This document shows positions 11,826 to 23,100 of a stretch of 64,000 bases of DNA, in pieces. The translations under genes were made by a program, and so were the position numbers. Position 1 is the first letter of the stretch. Each line of letters starts with the position of its first letter. A model generated the notes under the pieces. The model worked only from the letters and a program-made list of their open reading frames with translations, was not told the origin of the DNA and did not search any database. This stretch comes from an uncultured Planctomycetota bacterium (lineage in GTDB: Bacteria > Planctomycetota > Planctomycetia > Isosphaerales > Isosphaeraceae), in the NCBI GenBank assembly GCA_963845755.1, contig CAWJTV010000030.1:64001-128000 (forward strand). Direction: 5' to 3'.

Positions 11826-11933
11826 GGGCCTCTGCTCCTTACGCGGCGAAGCCGTAGCCGAAAGGCATTCCGGATTCCACATTCCTTGACCTTCCATCGG
11901 GAATCGGAATTCCGGGATTCCCCGAGTGCAATG

Positions 11934-13086
11934 TTACTCGGGCGAATCCTCCGGCTCGGCTTCTTCGGTGAAATACTCGCGAAGTTTCTCGAAAAAGCTC
12001 TTGCGACGTGGACTGACCTGTTCGTGTTCGATCTCGGCAAACTCGCGCAACAGCTCCTCCTGGCGCAGCCGTCAGGTGCCGGGGGGTCTCGACGACGACT
12101 TCCACAAGCTCATCACCGCGGCCCCTGCCCCCGATATCGGGCATCCCGCGACCCTTGATCCGCAACACATCGCTGCTCTGCGTGCCCCGCGGGACATCGA
12201 GATGTTCCGGTCCGTCCAGGGTCGGCACGTCGATCTCGGCACCCAGCGCCGCCTGGGCGAAACTGATCGGCACCTGGCAATAGAGGTCGTTGCGGCGGCG
12301 TTCGAAGAATGGATGTTTCCTGACGAGGATTTGAACGCGGAGATTCCCGCGTGGTGCGCCGACGTCACCGAGTTCTCCCTGGTTTCGCTGCTGGAGCCAC
12401 ATACCGCTCTCAACGCCCGGTGGGACGTTCACCGCGAGCTTCACGGTCGTCGGCAGACGCCCCGCACCGCGACACGCTGGGCATGGATCGGTGATCCGCA
12501 CCCCCTCGCCGCCACAGGCCGGGCAAGTCGTTGCGACCTGGAAGAATCCGCGGGTCTGAACGACCTGGCCACGTCCGCCGCAGTAGTTGCAGGTCGTGGC
12601 CACGGTCCCTTTGCGTGCTCCCGCACCCTGGCACTCGCCGCAAAAATCCTGGCGATTCACGTCGATGGTACGCGTCGTCCCCCGGGCCGCTTCGATCAGC
12701 TCGATCTCCAGCTTCAACAGGAGATCGGGGCCGGTCCGAGGCCCGCGGCGACGATTACCGAAAAGATCGCCGAATAACCCGCCTCCGAAGATATCGCTGA
12801 AGGCCGACATGATATCGTCGGCCGACCGGAAATCGTGGAACGCCTGACCGTTGAGGCCGGCATGGCCATAACGGTCGTACCGTTGCCGCTTGTCGGTATC
12901 GGAAAGCACTTCATAAGCTTCGGCCGCTTCTTTGAAGCGCTTCGGGGCCTCTTCATCACCCGGGTTTCGGTCCGGATGAAACTTGAGCGCCATCTGTCGA
13001 TAAGCCTTCTTGATCTCGTCGAGCGGCGCATCACGGCCGATGCCGAGAACTTCGTAATAATCGCGCTTCGTGGCTGCCATTGGCAT
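11934..13086 (-). CDS. dnaJ: Chaperone DnaJ (frameshift near 12065)
   Basis: J domain with HPD, four CxxCxGxG repeats; C-terminus [11 protein letters not shown]...[10 protein letters not shown] in a shifted frame ending at TAA 11934. Confidence 0.92.
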
Positions 13087-13322
13087 GGCGTCTCAGTGAA
13101 TTGAGGTTTGTGGCGAGGAAACGGACCGCCCGGCGCGGCCTGCAATCGGCGCCGGCTCCCGGGACTCTCACTCTATCATACGCCTCCTGGTGCTGATTAC
13201 GAAGTCCACAATCCTCAGCGTCCTCGCGGCAAGTGACGAGTTGCAAGCTGCAAGTAAAAACAGCACATCACCTTCCGTGCTTGCCACTTGTTACTTGCCA
13301 CTCGCCACTTGCATCGTCCGAA

Positions 13323-14949
13323 TTAACGAACCGACCCTTCGATCCGGGCGGCGTTTTCCTTCTCGTCGTCCTTGATGTTGGTGATCATCGCCTCGGTCGT
13401 CAGCATCAATGAGGCAATTGAGGATGCGTTCTGGAGCGCGGAGCGAGTGACCTTGGTGGGATCGACGATGCCGGCGGCGAACATGTCGACAAACTCACCC
13501 GTATTGGCGTCAAATCCCATCGACGCCTCCTGGTTGCGTACCTCCTCAGCGATCACGGCGCCATCGTGTCCGGAGTTGGACGCGATGTAGCGGATCGGTT
13601 CCTCGAGCGCCCGCAGAACAATAGCCGAGCCCAGCTTCTCGTCGCCGGAGAGGGCCTTATGGACCTTCTCGACCGCCGGGATCACACGGAGCAGGGCCAC
13701 GCCGCCGCCGGGGACAATGCCTTCCTCAGCGGCCGCGCGGGTCGCATGCAGGGCGTCCTCGACCCGGGCCTTTGTCTGCTTCATCTCGGTCTCACTTGGA
13801 GCACCGACGCGGATGAGTGCCACGCCACCGGAGAGCTTCGCCAGCCGCTCCTGGAACTTCTCCTTGTCGTATTCGCTGTCGGTCTCATCGATCTGGCGCC
13901 GGAGCTGGTCAATCCGGCGCCTGGATCTCGGCGCGTTTGCCAGCCCCTTGAATGATGGTCGTGCTATCCTTGTTGACCTTGATCTGCTTGGCCTTGCCAA
14001 GCTGCGAGAGCTGGAGGTTTTCCAGCTTGAGGCCCAGGTCCTCGCTGATCACGGTGCCGCCGGTGAGGACCGCCATATCACCGAGCATCGCCTTGCGGCG
14101 GTCGCCGAAGCCGGGAGCCTTGACCGCGGCGATGTTGAGCACGCCGCGGAGTTTGTTGACAACCAGGGTTGCCAGGGCCTCGCCCTCGACGTCCTCGGCG
14201 ACGATCAACAGCGGCTGACCCGACTGGGCGACCTTCTCCAGCAGGGGGACCATCTCGCGAAGGCTGCTGATCTTCTTCTCGTGGAGCAGGATCAGGGCAT
14301 CCTCGAAGATGACCTCCATGGTGGAAGGATTCGTAACGAAGTAAGGGCTCAAATAGCCCTTGTCAAACTGCATGCCTTCGACGAACTCGAGGGTGGTCGT
14401 CGCGGTCTTTCCCTCCTCGACCGTGATCACGCCGTCGCGGCCGACCCGCTCGACGGCATCGGCCAGCATCTTGCCGATCGCCGGGTCATTATTCGCCGAG
14501 ATGGCGCCGACCTGGGCGATTTCTTCCTTCTTGGACACCGGCCGAGAGACCTTGCTGGCCAGCTCGGCCACCGCGGCCTCGACGGCCTTTTCGATACCCC
14601 GGCGCACCGCGGTGGGATTGGCACCCGAGGTGATGTTCTTCAGCCCCTCGCGGTAGATGGCGCGGGCCAGGATCGTCGCCGTCGTGGTCCCGTCGCCGGC
14701 CACGTCGGAGGTCTTGGACGCAACCTGGTTGACGAGCTTGGCGCCCATGTTCTCGAATGGGTCGGCCAGCTCGATCTCCTTGGAGACAGTAACGCCGTCC
14801 TTGGTGACGGTCGGGCCACCGAACGATTTACTGAGAATCACGTTGCGCCCGGTCGGACCGAGCGTCGAGCCGACCGCGCGGGCGAGGATATCGATCCCCT
14901 CCAGCATCTTCCGGCGTGCGGCGTCGGAAAAGAGCAATTGTTTCGCCAC
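13323..14949 (-). CDS. groL: Chaperonin GroEL, second copy (frameshift near 13920)
   Basis: [17 protein letters not shown] and ERLAKLSGG across two ORFs; no GGM tail. Confidence 0.93.
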
Positions 14950-15049
14950 CGTCGTAGGCTCCTCGATTCCAAATGGATTCGGTTGGGGAGGTTGTGGGCC
15001 AGACGGGCCGCAGGTTCGCGGCGGCCCCGACCGGCCCGCGCGTCATGTC

Positions 15050-15349
15050 TTACTTGACGATCTTCGCCAGGATGTCGGACTCGCGAAGGATCTTGATCTC
15101 CTCGCCGTCCACCTTGATTTCGGTGCCGGAGTATTTGCCGAAGAGCACCACGTCCCCTTCGACCACTCCGATCGGGGCCCGTTCTCCCGAGTCGAGCAAT
15201 TTGCCCGGCCCCACCGCGAGCACAGTGCCCCGCTGTGGCTTCTCCTTGGCGGTATCCGGCAGCACGATCCCGCCGGCCGTCTTCTCCTCGGCCTCGATCT
15301 GCTGAATCACCACCCGATCCTCAAGCGGTCGAATCTTCTGCTTCGCCAT
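15050..15349 (-). CDS. groS: Co-chaperonin GroES
   Basis: [29 protein letters not shown]. Confidence 0.95.
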   Translation of the reverse strand: MAKQKIRPLEDRVVIQQIEAEEKTAGGIVLPDTAKEKPQRGTVLAVGPGKLLDSGERAPIGVVEGDVVLFGKYSGTEIKVDGEEIKILRESDILAKIVK

Positions 15350-15473
15350 GAATGCGTGTCCTTTATTCTGAATCCTGGTGTCTTGCCCGTGTGAAGGAAT
15401 GATCTCGGCTCTTGCCGTGAGTTCTTCGGTTTCCGGTTTCGCACGTCAGGCTGGAACGCCTGAGTGACTTCGA

Positions 15474-17158
15474 TCACATCATCCCCATATCTCCCATGCC
15501 ACCCATACCGCCCATGCCACCCATACCGCCCATGCCACCTCCGCCGTGGTGGGGGTCGTGATGCCCGGCGGGCTCCTTCTTCTTGGGCGGCTCGGCGACC
15601 AGAGCTTCCGTCGTGAGCAGGAGCCCGGCGACGGAGGCGCCATTCTGGAGTGCGGAGCGGGTGACCTTGGTGGGATCGACGATCCCGGCGGCGAACATGT
15701 CACCCCATTTCTCAGCGGCGGCGTCGTAACCGAACCGGGCATCCGAGCTCTTCTTGATCCGGTTGACGACGACAGCCCCATCGATTCCGGCGTTGTCGGC
15801 GATGTACCGAGCGGGCTGCTCGATGGCGCGGCGAACGATGTCGGCTCCGTGACCTTCATCGCCGGTGAGTTTCAGCGCGTCGATGGCCGCAGCGGCCCGG
15901 ATCAGAGCGGTACCACCGCCGGGCACCACGCCTTCTTCGATGGCCGCGCGGGTGGCGTGCAGCGCGCGTCTTCGACGAGGGCCTTGCGTTCTTTCATTTC
16001 GGTCTCGGTGGCGGCGCCGACGTTGATCTGGGCGATACCGCCGGCGAGTTTCGCGAGCCGCTCCTGAAGCTTTTCGCGGTCATACTCGCTGTCGGTCCCC
16101 TCGATCTCGCGGCGGATCATCTCGGCGCGGCCCTTGATCTCGCTGGCGGTGCCGGCCCCTTCGACGATCGTGGTGTTCTCGCTGCTGATGGTAACCTTCT
16201 TCACGCGACCGAGGTCGGCGAGCTGGATATTCTCCAGGTCGATGCCCAGGTCTTTGAAGATCGCCTTGCCGCCGGTCAGCACGGCGATGTCGCCTAGCAT
16301 CGCCTTACGGCGATCGCCGTAGCCCGGCGCCTTGACCGCCGCGATCTTGAGAATGCCTCGCAGCTTGTTGACGACCAAGGTCGCCAGGGCCTCGCCCTCG
16401 ACGTCCTCGGCAATGATCAACAGTGGCTTGTTCGCCTTCGCCATCTTCTCGAGCAGGGGGATCAACTTGGTTGGCGTGCTGATCTTCTCCTCGTAGATCA
16501 GGACGTGAGCGTCCTCCAGGACGACCTCCATGCGCTCCTGATCGGTGACGAAATGGGGGCTGAGATAGCCCCGGTCGAACTGCATCCCCTCGACCACATC
16601 CACGGTGGTCTCGAAGGCCTTGCCTTCCTCGACGGTGATCACGCCGTCCGTGCCGACTTTCTCGAAAGCGTCGGCCAACTTCTCGCCGATCGAGATGTCA
16701 TTGTTGGCGGCGATCGACGCGACTTCGGTGATCTCCTTTTTCCCCGAGACCTTCTTGGACTGACCCTTGACGTGGGCAACGACCGCTTCCACGGCCTTCT
16801 CGATGCCGCGCTTCAGGGTCATGGCATCGGCACCGGCGGCGAGGGCTTTGAGCCCTTCCTTGTAGATCGCCTCGGCCAGGACGGTGGCGGTGGTCGTGCC
16901 ATCCCCCGCGGCGTCGGACGTCTTCGAGGCCGCTTCCTTGACGAGCTGTGCGCCCATGTTCTCGTAAGGGTCGGTCAGCTCGATCTCCTCGGCTACCGTC
17001 ACACCGTCCTTGGTCACGGTTGGGCTCCCCCAGCCCTTGTCGATCACGGCATTACGACCGCGTGGACCAAGCGTACAACGAACCGCACGCGCCAGTTTCG
17101 TCACGCCGGTGGCCAGCTTCTGGCGGGCCTCCTCGTCGTAGGCCAATATCTTCGCCAC
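15474..17158 (-). CDS. groL: Chaperonin GroEL, first copy, with GGM tail (frameshift near 15960)
   Basis: GTG start [25 protein letters not shown]-terminal GGMGGM repeats. Confidence 0.93.
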
Positions 17159-17272
17159 AATGAGTCTCCTTCGTCGTTGTCCGAGGGTCGGCCGGGTCTC
17201 GCCCGCCCGGCTCGATGCGCGGGACGCCACGTCGATACGTACAGCCCCAAAGATGAAAACGCACAGCCCAGA

Positions 17273-17288
17273 TGCAAGCCATATACCA
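17273..17288 (-). promoter_or_regulatory. Putative sigma54 (-24/-12) promoter of the groEL operon
   Basis: Minus strand TGGTATATGGCTTGCA has GG-N10-GC with TTGC, about 115 bp upstream of the start. Confidence 0.6.
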
Positions 17289-17586
17289 ATCGTTGAGAAT
17301 TTCCCTAATTCAAATTCTAACAGGATTTTACGTCATTTCGTGTATGGAGTCGTCGTGGACGAGACTGTCGTTTTGGCAGTTGGGCGACCGATTTGTCATT
17401 CTTGACATTGCCCAGGGCAGACAGTGTCTGTCTTGGAGGTCATAGGGCTGAGGTCGGATTTCTTGACCTCTCAAAGGTCCAGAAAGTTTGACGGCGACCA
17501 CGGCGCCCGTCAGACTGTGCGAATGGTCTCGGTCCTGGCAACGTGGGTTGGCTTCGGTCCGTGCGACAATAGATGAGGAGACAGCG

Positions 17587-18552
17587 ATGCAGTTGTCGAG
17601 TTCCGGAATCCGGCATGGAATTCGTTGGTTGCTGCTGGGAGTCTTGGTGATGTCTGGACGGGGAAACGACAGCCATGCTCAGGATCGAGCGAAGCCCCCT
17701 GAGACGATCCCCCTCTGGCCCAACGGTGTGCCCGAGGTGAAGGGGACGGATCCCGATAAGGACGTCCCGAGTCTGACCATCTGGCAGCCTCAGCCGGAGC
17801 TGGCGAAAGGCTCGGCAGTCGTCGTCTGTCCGGGCGGCGGCTATGGGATGCTGGCGAATGACCACGAAGGGAAGCAGGTTGCCGAGTGGCTGAATTCCCT
17901 GGGGATCACGGCATTCGTCCTCAAGTACCGGCTTGGTCCGCGGTATCATCATCCGGCGATGCTCCACGATGCCGGCCGGGCCATCCGCACCGTCCGGGCG
18001 CGCGCTTCCGAGTGGAAGGTGGACCCCCACCGCATCGCAATCCTGGGATTCTCCGCGGGAGGACACCTCGCCTCGACGGCCGGGACTCATTTTGACGCCG
18101 GCAAACCCGACGCCGAGGATCCGATCGAACGCGCCACTTCGCGACCCGATCGGATGATCCTGGTCTATCCCGTCATCGCGCTGGCGACACCCTATGGACA
18201 CTCCGGCTCGCTGAAGAACTTGCTGGGGGATCATCCCTCGCCGGAATCGATCGAGAGCCTGTCGAACGAGCGGCAGGTCACGAAGGACACTCCGCCGACC
18301 TTCCTCGCTCACACCAATGCCGACAAAGGCGTGCCAGCCGAGAACAGCCTGTTGTTCGCCCTGGCGCTCCGTAAGGCCGGCGTACCGGTCGAGCTGCACC
18401 TCTTCGAACGCGGTCCCCATGGACTGGGACTCGGCGGAGGCACCCCGAACTTCCGAGTACCCGCCGAACCGTCTTTCAAAGCCTGGCCCAAACTCTGCGA
18501 GACCTGGCTCAAGAACCAAGGATTCTTGGACTCGACTCCCGGAACGCATTGA
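17587..18552 (+). CDS. Secreted alpha/beta hydrolase (acetyl xylan esterase/BD-FAE-like)
   Basis: Signal-like N-terminus, PGGGY, GFSAGGH nucleophile elbow, D and HG catalytic motifs. Confidence 0.85.
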   Translation: MQLSSSGIRHGIRWLLLGVLVMSGRGNDSHAQDRAKPPETIPLWPNGVPEVKGTDPDKDVPSLTIWQPQPELAKGSAVVVCPGGGYGMLANDHEGKQVAEWLNSLGITAFVLKYRLGPRYHHPAMLHDAGRAIRTVRARASEWKVDPHRIAILGFSAGGHLASTAGTHFDAGKPDAEDPIERATSRPDRMILVYPVIALATPYGHSGSLKNLLGDHPSPESIESLSNERQVTKDTPPTFLAHTNADKGVPAENSLLFALALRKAGVPVELHLFERGPHGLGLGGGTPNFRVPAEPSFKAWPKLCETWLKNQGFLDSTPGTH

Positions 18553-19166
18553 TCGAATCCCGCAGGGTTCAATCCTTCCGGGTTCGCTTCGCGATAACGA
18601 GCGGTAACTTGGGTCGTGAACGTGCATGAGGGCAGCCCCGCAACGAACCACGATCGGCCCATCAATCCATAGCGCCATGGCCGGGATTGGTCGAGTTACG
18701 CTGGGTAAGTCTCTTTGATCCAGAGTCACTCTGCATAATCCAAACAATCGATCCTATTTGCCTAAACCTGATAATCGTGGCTTCGTTTTCGTGGTTTTCA
18801 GGTGTGTGGACCCCCGTAGTTGGCTTCGTTTCGTCATTTTCCTGTCCGCATTGCCAATCCTTTGACCTGGTTGGATGATATCGAGGCTCAATCTAATGCA
18901 GCCAAGCGAGCATCCCCGCTCGCGTGATATGACGGTCTTGCTTATCATGTTGCAATCTCCGGGTGGAAATCCAGATCGAAACTTGATGCGCGCAGACCGA
19001 GCGCCTCGAATCTCTCTATTGAGATAAGATCCGAAGAAGCGTCTCGCTGGTACACAAAATTTCGTTGATGTGTTCGATTTCATGATCAGGCGGGGGATCG
19101 GGGGCCGACGATGGCCCTACCAGGGACGACCGATTCTCCGCCGTGTTCTCGAATCGGGAGACCTTC

Positions 19167-19883
19167 ATGTCGGCCCGCTTCCCGACGACGCGTTGGAGCC
19201 GGATTGATCGCATCAGCGATCAGGCCGATCCCAATGCCCGCGCCGCATTGGAGGGATTGTGCCGGGACTACTGGTTCCCTCTGTATGCCTTCATCCGCGC
19301 CCGTGGACATTCGTCACACGAGGCTGAGGATCTCGTGCAGGGTTTCCTCGCCGACTTGCTGGAACGGGGCGACCTGGCCCGACTCGACCGATCGAAAGGC
19401 CGCTTTCGCGCGTTCCTTCGAACGGCCTGCGATCACTACCTTTCGAATCGCCGCGATCACGACCGGGCCGCCAAGCGAGGCGGGGGAGCCTCAATCGTCT
19501 CGATCGATCGACTCGACGCCGAGGGTCGGTACGGCCGAGAGCCATCCCATGCACTCACTCCCGAGCGACTCTTTGAACGCGAGTGGGCCCTGGCCCTACT
19601 GGCTCGCGTGCTCGATCGACTCGAAGCTGAGTCGGTCCAGGCCAGGAACGGTGCCTTCTTCGAGCGGATTCGGCCCGCCTTGCAGAAAGACGGCCTGGCT
19701 CCCTCATATCGCGAAATCGCCGAGGACCTCGGCATCAGTGCGGAGGCGGTGCGAGCCGCCACGCGTCGGATCCGGCTGCGGTACCGCGAATTGCTCCGTG
19801 AAGAAGTTAGCCGCACGATTGATGACCCGAGAGCCGTGGACGAAGAGATCGGCGAGTTGCTGGTTGCGCTGGCTAGCGATTGA
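19167..19883 (+). CDS. ECF sigma-70 factor of the planctomycete kinase-associated type
   Basis: FPTTRWS N-terminal motif, YWFPLYAF, AEDLVQGF, KGRFRAFL; lies upstream of a Ser/Thr kinase. Confidence 0.85.
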   Translation: MSARFPTTRWSRIDRISDQADPNARAALEGLCRDYWFPLYAFIRARGHSSHEAEDLVQGFLADLLERGDLARLDRSKGRFRAFLRTACDHYLSNRRDHDRAAKRGGGASIVSIDRLDAEGRYGREPSHALTPERLFEREWALALLARVLDRLEAESVQARNGAFFERIRPALQKDGLAPSYREIAEDLGISAEAVRAATRRIRLRYRELLREEVSRTIDDPRAVDEEIGELLVALASD

Positions 19884-19918
19884 GGACACGATCCCAGTCA
19901 GGAGAATGCACAGGAATA

Positions 19919-20069
19919 TTCACCACAGAGTCACAGAGCACACAGTGAGTACCAAATCTGGATGGTTACTTTTTCAGCGCAGTTGGGAGTCGCTCCTCGG
20001 CTTCGGACCGAGGCCCAGGATTGAGAAGCGTTTCTGTCTTCTCTTTGCTCTCGGTGACTCTGTGGTGAA
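19919..20069. repeat. Inverted-repeat (MITE/REP-like) element with 16-bp perfect arms
   Basis: TTCACCACAGAGTCAC at 19919-19934 and GTGACTCTGTGGTGAA at 20054-20069. Confidence 0.75.
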
Positions 20070-20169
20070 ACCTCTGAACAACCACGCAACCGACGATTTT
20101 TTTGTCACATCCGCCGGCATTTCCTTCTTCGATGAATGAGGGAGAGGTGAATCTCTTGGAGGATCGGCG

Positions 20170-23100
20170 ATGAAAGCGGAAAACGGGTGCAGAGGCTGCG
20201 GGCACGCGCTGCCTGTCGGAGCATTGCGGGGACTTTGTCCGGTCTGTCTGCTGCGGGAGGGACTGGCCGACGATGCCCCGGAGTGGAGCGAGATTGGGCG
20301 ATTCTCCAGCCTGACCCAGGTGCCGGTCGGTGCCGGAGTCCTGGCGACATTGACGGAGGTGCTGGCGTCCGGAGACGTTCCGCGGGTGCTGCTGCGGGAT
20401 TCGGATCTCACCGATGGACCCAGTCCGCTGATCCACCCCGGTTCGCCCGAGATGCCTCCCGTCGGCGACCGCTCCGGACGGCTCCAGCTTCTGGGCGAGA
20501 TTGCCCGCGGCGGCATGGGTGCAGTGCTCAAGGGCCGCGACCCCGACCTCGGTCGCGACCTGGCCGTGAAAGTCCTCCTCGAGTCACATCGCGACAAGCC
20601 CGACTTGATCCGGCGCTTTGTGGAAGAAGCGCAGATCGGCGGCCAATTGCAGCATCCGGGGATCGTCCCGATCTACGAGCTGGGCGCGTTTGCCGACGGT
20701 CGCCCGTATTTCGCCATGAAGCTGGTCAAAGGGCGAACGCTGTCGAGCCTGCTTGACGAAGGGACGGACCCCAGGCGCGACCTGCCCCGCTTCCTCTCGA
20801 TATTCGAGGCGGTCTGCCAGACGATCGCCTACGCCCATGCGCGAGGCGTGATCCATCGCGATCTCAAGCCGTCGAACATCATGGTCGGCTCGTTTGGCGA
20901 GGTTCACGTGATGGACTGGGGCCTGGCGAAGGTCTTGCCGCAAGGAGGAGTGGCCGACGATGCCTCGGCGGGGAAGTCGCGTGCACGAGACACCGTGATC
21001 GCCACAGCCCGAAGCACGTCGGGTATCGACCAGTCTCAGTCAGGGAGCGTCCTGGACACGCCGTCGTACATGGCCCCCGAGCAGGCCCGCGGCGAGATCG
21101 ACCGGCTCGACGAGCGGTGCGACGTCTTCGCGCTCGGGTCGATCCTCTGCGAACTGCTGACCGGCGGGCCGGCCTTCACGGGACGAACCTCGGGCGAGAT
21201 CCAGCGCAAAGCCTCGCGCGGTGAGCTGAACGAGGCCGGCGATCGGCTGAATTCCAGCGGTGCCGACGCCGATTTGATCAACCTGGCCAAGGACTGCCTG
21301 GCTCCAGAACTGGAAGACCGCCCGCGCCATGTGGGGGAGGTTGCTACCCGAATCAGCGCCTATCAGACCGGCGTGCAGGAACGGTTGAGAAAGGCCGAGA
21401 TCGCACGTGCCGAGGAGAAGGCCCGCGCCGAGGAGGCGATCAAGCGCGCTCGCGTCGAGCGCGAACGTCTGCGCTTGACCGTCGCCCTGGCGGCATCGAT
21501 CCTGGCTCTGGTGATCCTCGGCGGCTGGGGCGCGGCATGGCTTTTTCAACAACGAAGGGACCGAATAGCAGGAGTGGAGGCAACACTGGCCCGGATTCAA
21601 GCGATTCGGGATCAAGCGGCAGCCGATGGGGCGGACCCGGCCCGGTGGAGGGTGGCGCTGGACGCGGCCGACCAGGCCCTCAGCTCGATGGGCGGCCTGT
21701 CTGCCTCGGAACCGGGCCGACGCTTAGCGGCCCTCCGAAAGAGGATGGCCGAAGATCAGGCACAGGCGGAACGCGACCGGAAGCTCATCGACGAGCTGAC
21801 CAACCTCAGGACGTACGTGGCCAGCGTATCATGGGAGAACGATCCGTCAGTTGCGAATCGGCGTCTTACTCGGGCGTTCAAACGCTACGGGTTGGATCTG
21901 GAAGCAATGCCGGTTAGAGACGCGGTGGCTCGGTTAAAGTCCCGCCCTCTGACGTTCGTGCGCGAAGTGGTCGGCGGCTTCGACCACTGGCTGATGTTTC
22001 GTCGAGAGATCAAGGGTGGACCGGAGAAAGTGCAACGACTCATCGAACTGGCGAACGGGCTGGATCCCGAGGCGGAGCGCAATCGGTTGCGCACTTGCTC
22101 GCACAGTCTGACCTGAAATCGAAACGTCAATCGTTGAGCGCGATGGCAGGTCACGCGAAGCTGATCGAATACGGCGCATCGAACAGCCTTGCTGCTCGCT
22201 CGATCATTGAGCAGCGCCGAGGACCAAGAAGGTGCCATCGCGGTCCTTCGTGCGGCCGTAGTTCGGTACCCTGGCGACGCCTGGACCAACTTCGAGCTCG
22301 CGAGGCTATTGAGTATCGCCCAGCCCCGTCAAACCGATGAAGTAATTCGTTTCTACACGGCGGTACGCGCTCTCCGTCCAAAATGGGGATTCGATCTGGC
22401 CATGTCGCTTCAACGGTCCGGGCAGATCGACGAGGCTGAGGCGACCTTTCGCGAACTCGTCAGACTCAATCCGAAAAGGTTTCTCTTCCTGTTCAATTTC
22501 CACCAATGCCTTCGGAGCAACGGCAAGGTGGAAGAGGCGCGATCAGTTGCCAATCGCATCGCTGCCCCTTTTTGTGATCGGCTCAGGCACGATCCTCACA
22601 ACAGATCCGCACAGCGCGAACTCCGCGTGGTCTCATGGATAATCGGAGATTTCGCCGCCGCCATCAATGTGATCCGGGAGGTAGCACAGACTTTCCCGAA
22701 CGACGCCTATCTCCATCAGTTGACGGGTCAAATACTGCTTCTTCAGAAGGATTGGCCGGGCGCAATCGCGGCGTACCGTGAAGCGATCCGAATCAAACCT
22801 TTGGACGTAGATCCCCGCTACCACCTCGCCTCCGCGCTCGGACTCTCGGGTGACCGAGAAGGAGTAATCGTGGAGTTACGCGAGGCCCTTCGTGTCGAAA
22901 GAATTCCCCAGCACCCCACAGACACGACGGTTGTTGTCGGAACCAATAGCGTCCCGCCTGCCCAGAAGAAGCAGGGCGGCGATGAAGCAGTCATCATCGA
23001 AGAACCAGAGTTTAACGAAGACGCATTTGAGGCGGAAGCCGATAACGCTTTCATTCATGGGCTCCTGATAGGCTCCTCTTCATTCTTTAAATCGACTTTA

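Noticed and set aside
13323..17158. groEL pseudogenes or programmed frameshifting
   Set aside because: There are no slippery heptamers at the breaks, and the same lesion type is scattered across unrelated genes; sequencing error is more parsimonious.
17159..17440. CIRCE/HrcA operator upstream of groEL
   Set aside because: No TTAGCACTC-N9-GAGTGCTAA match was found by eye.
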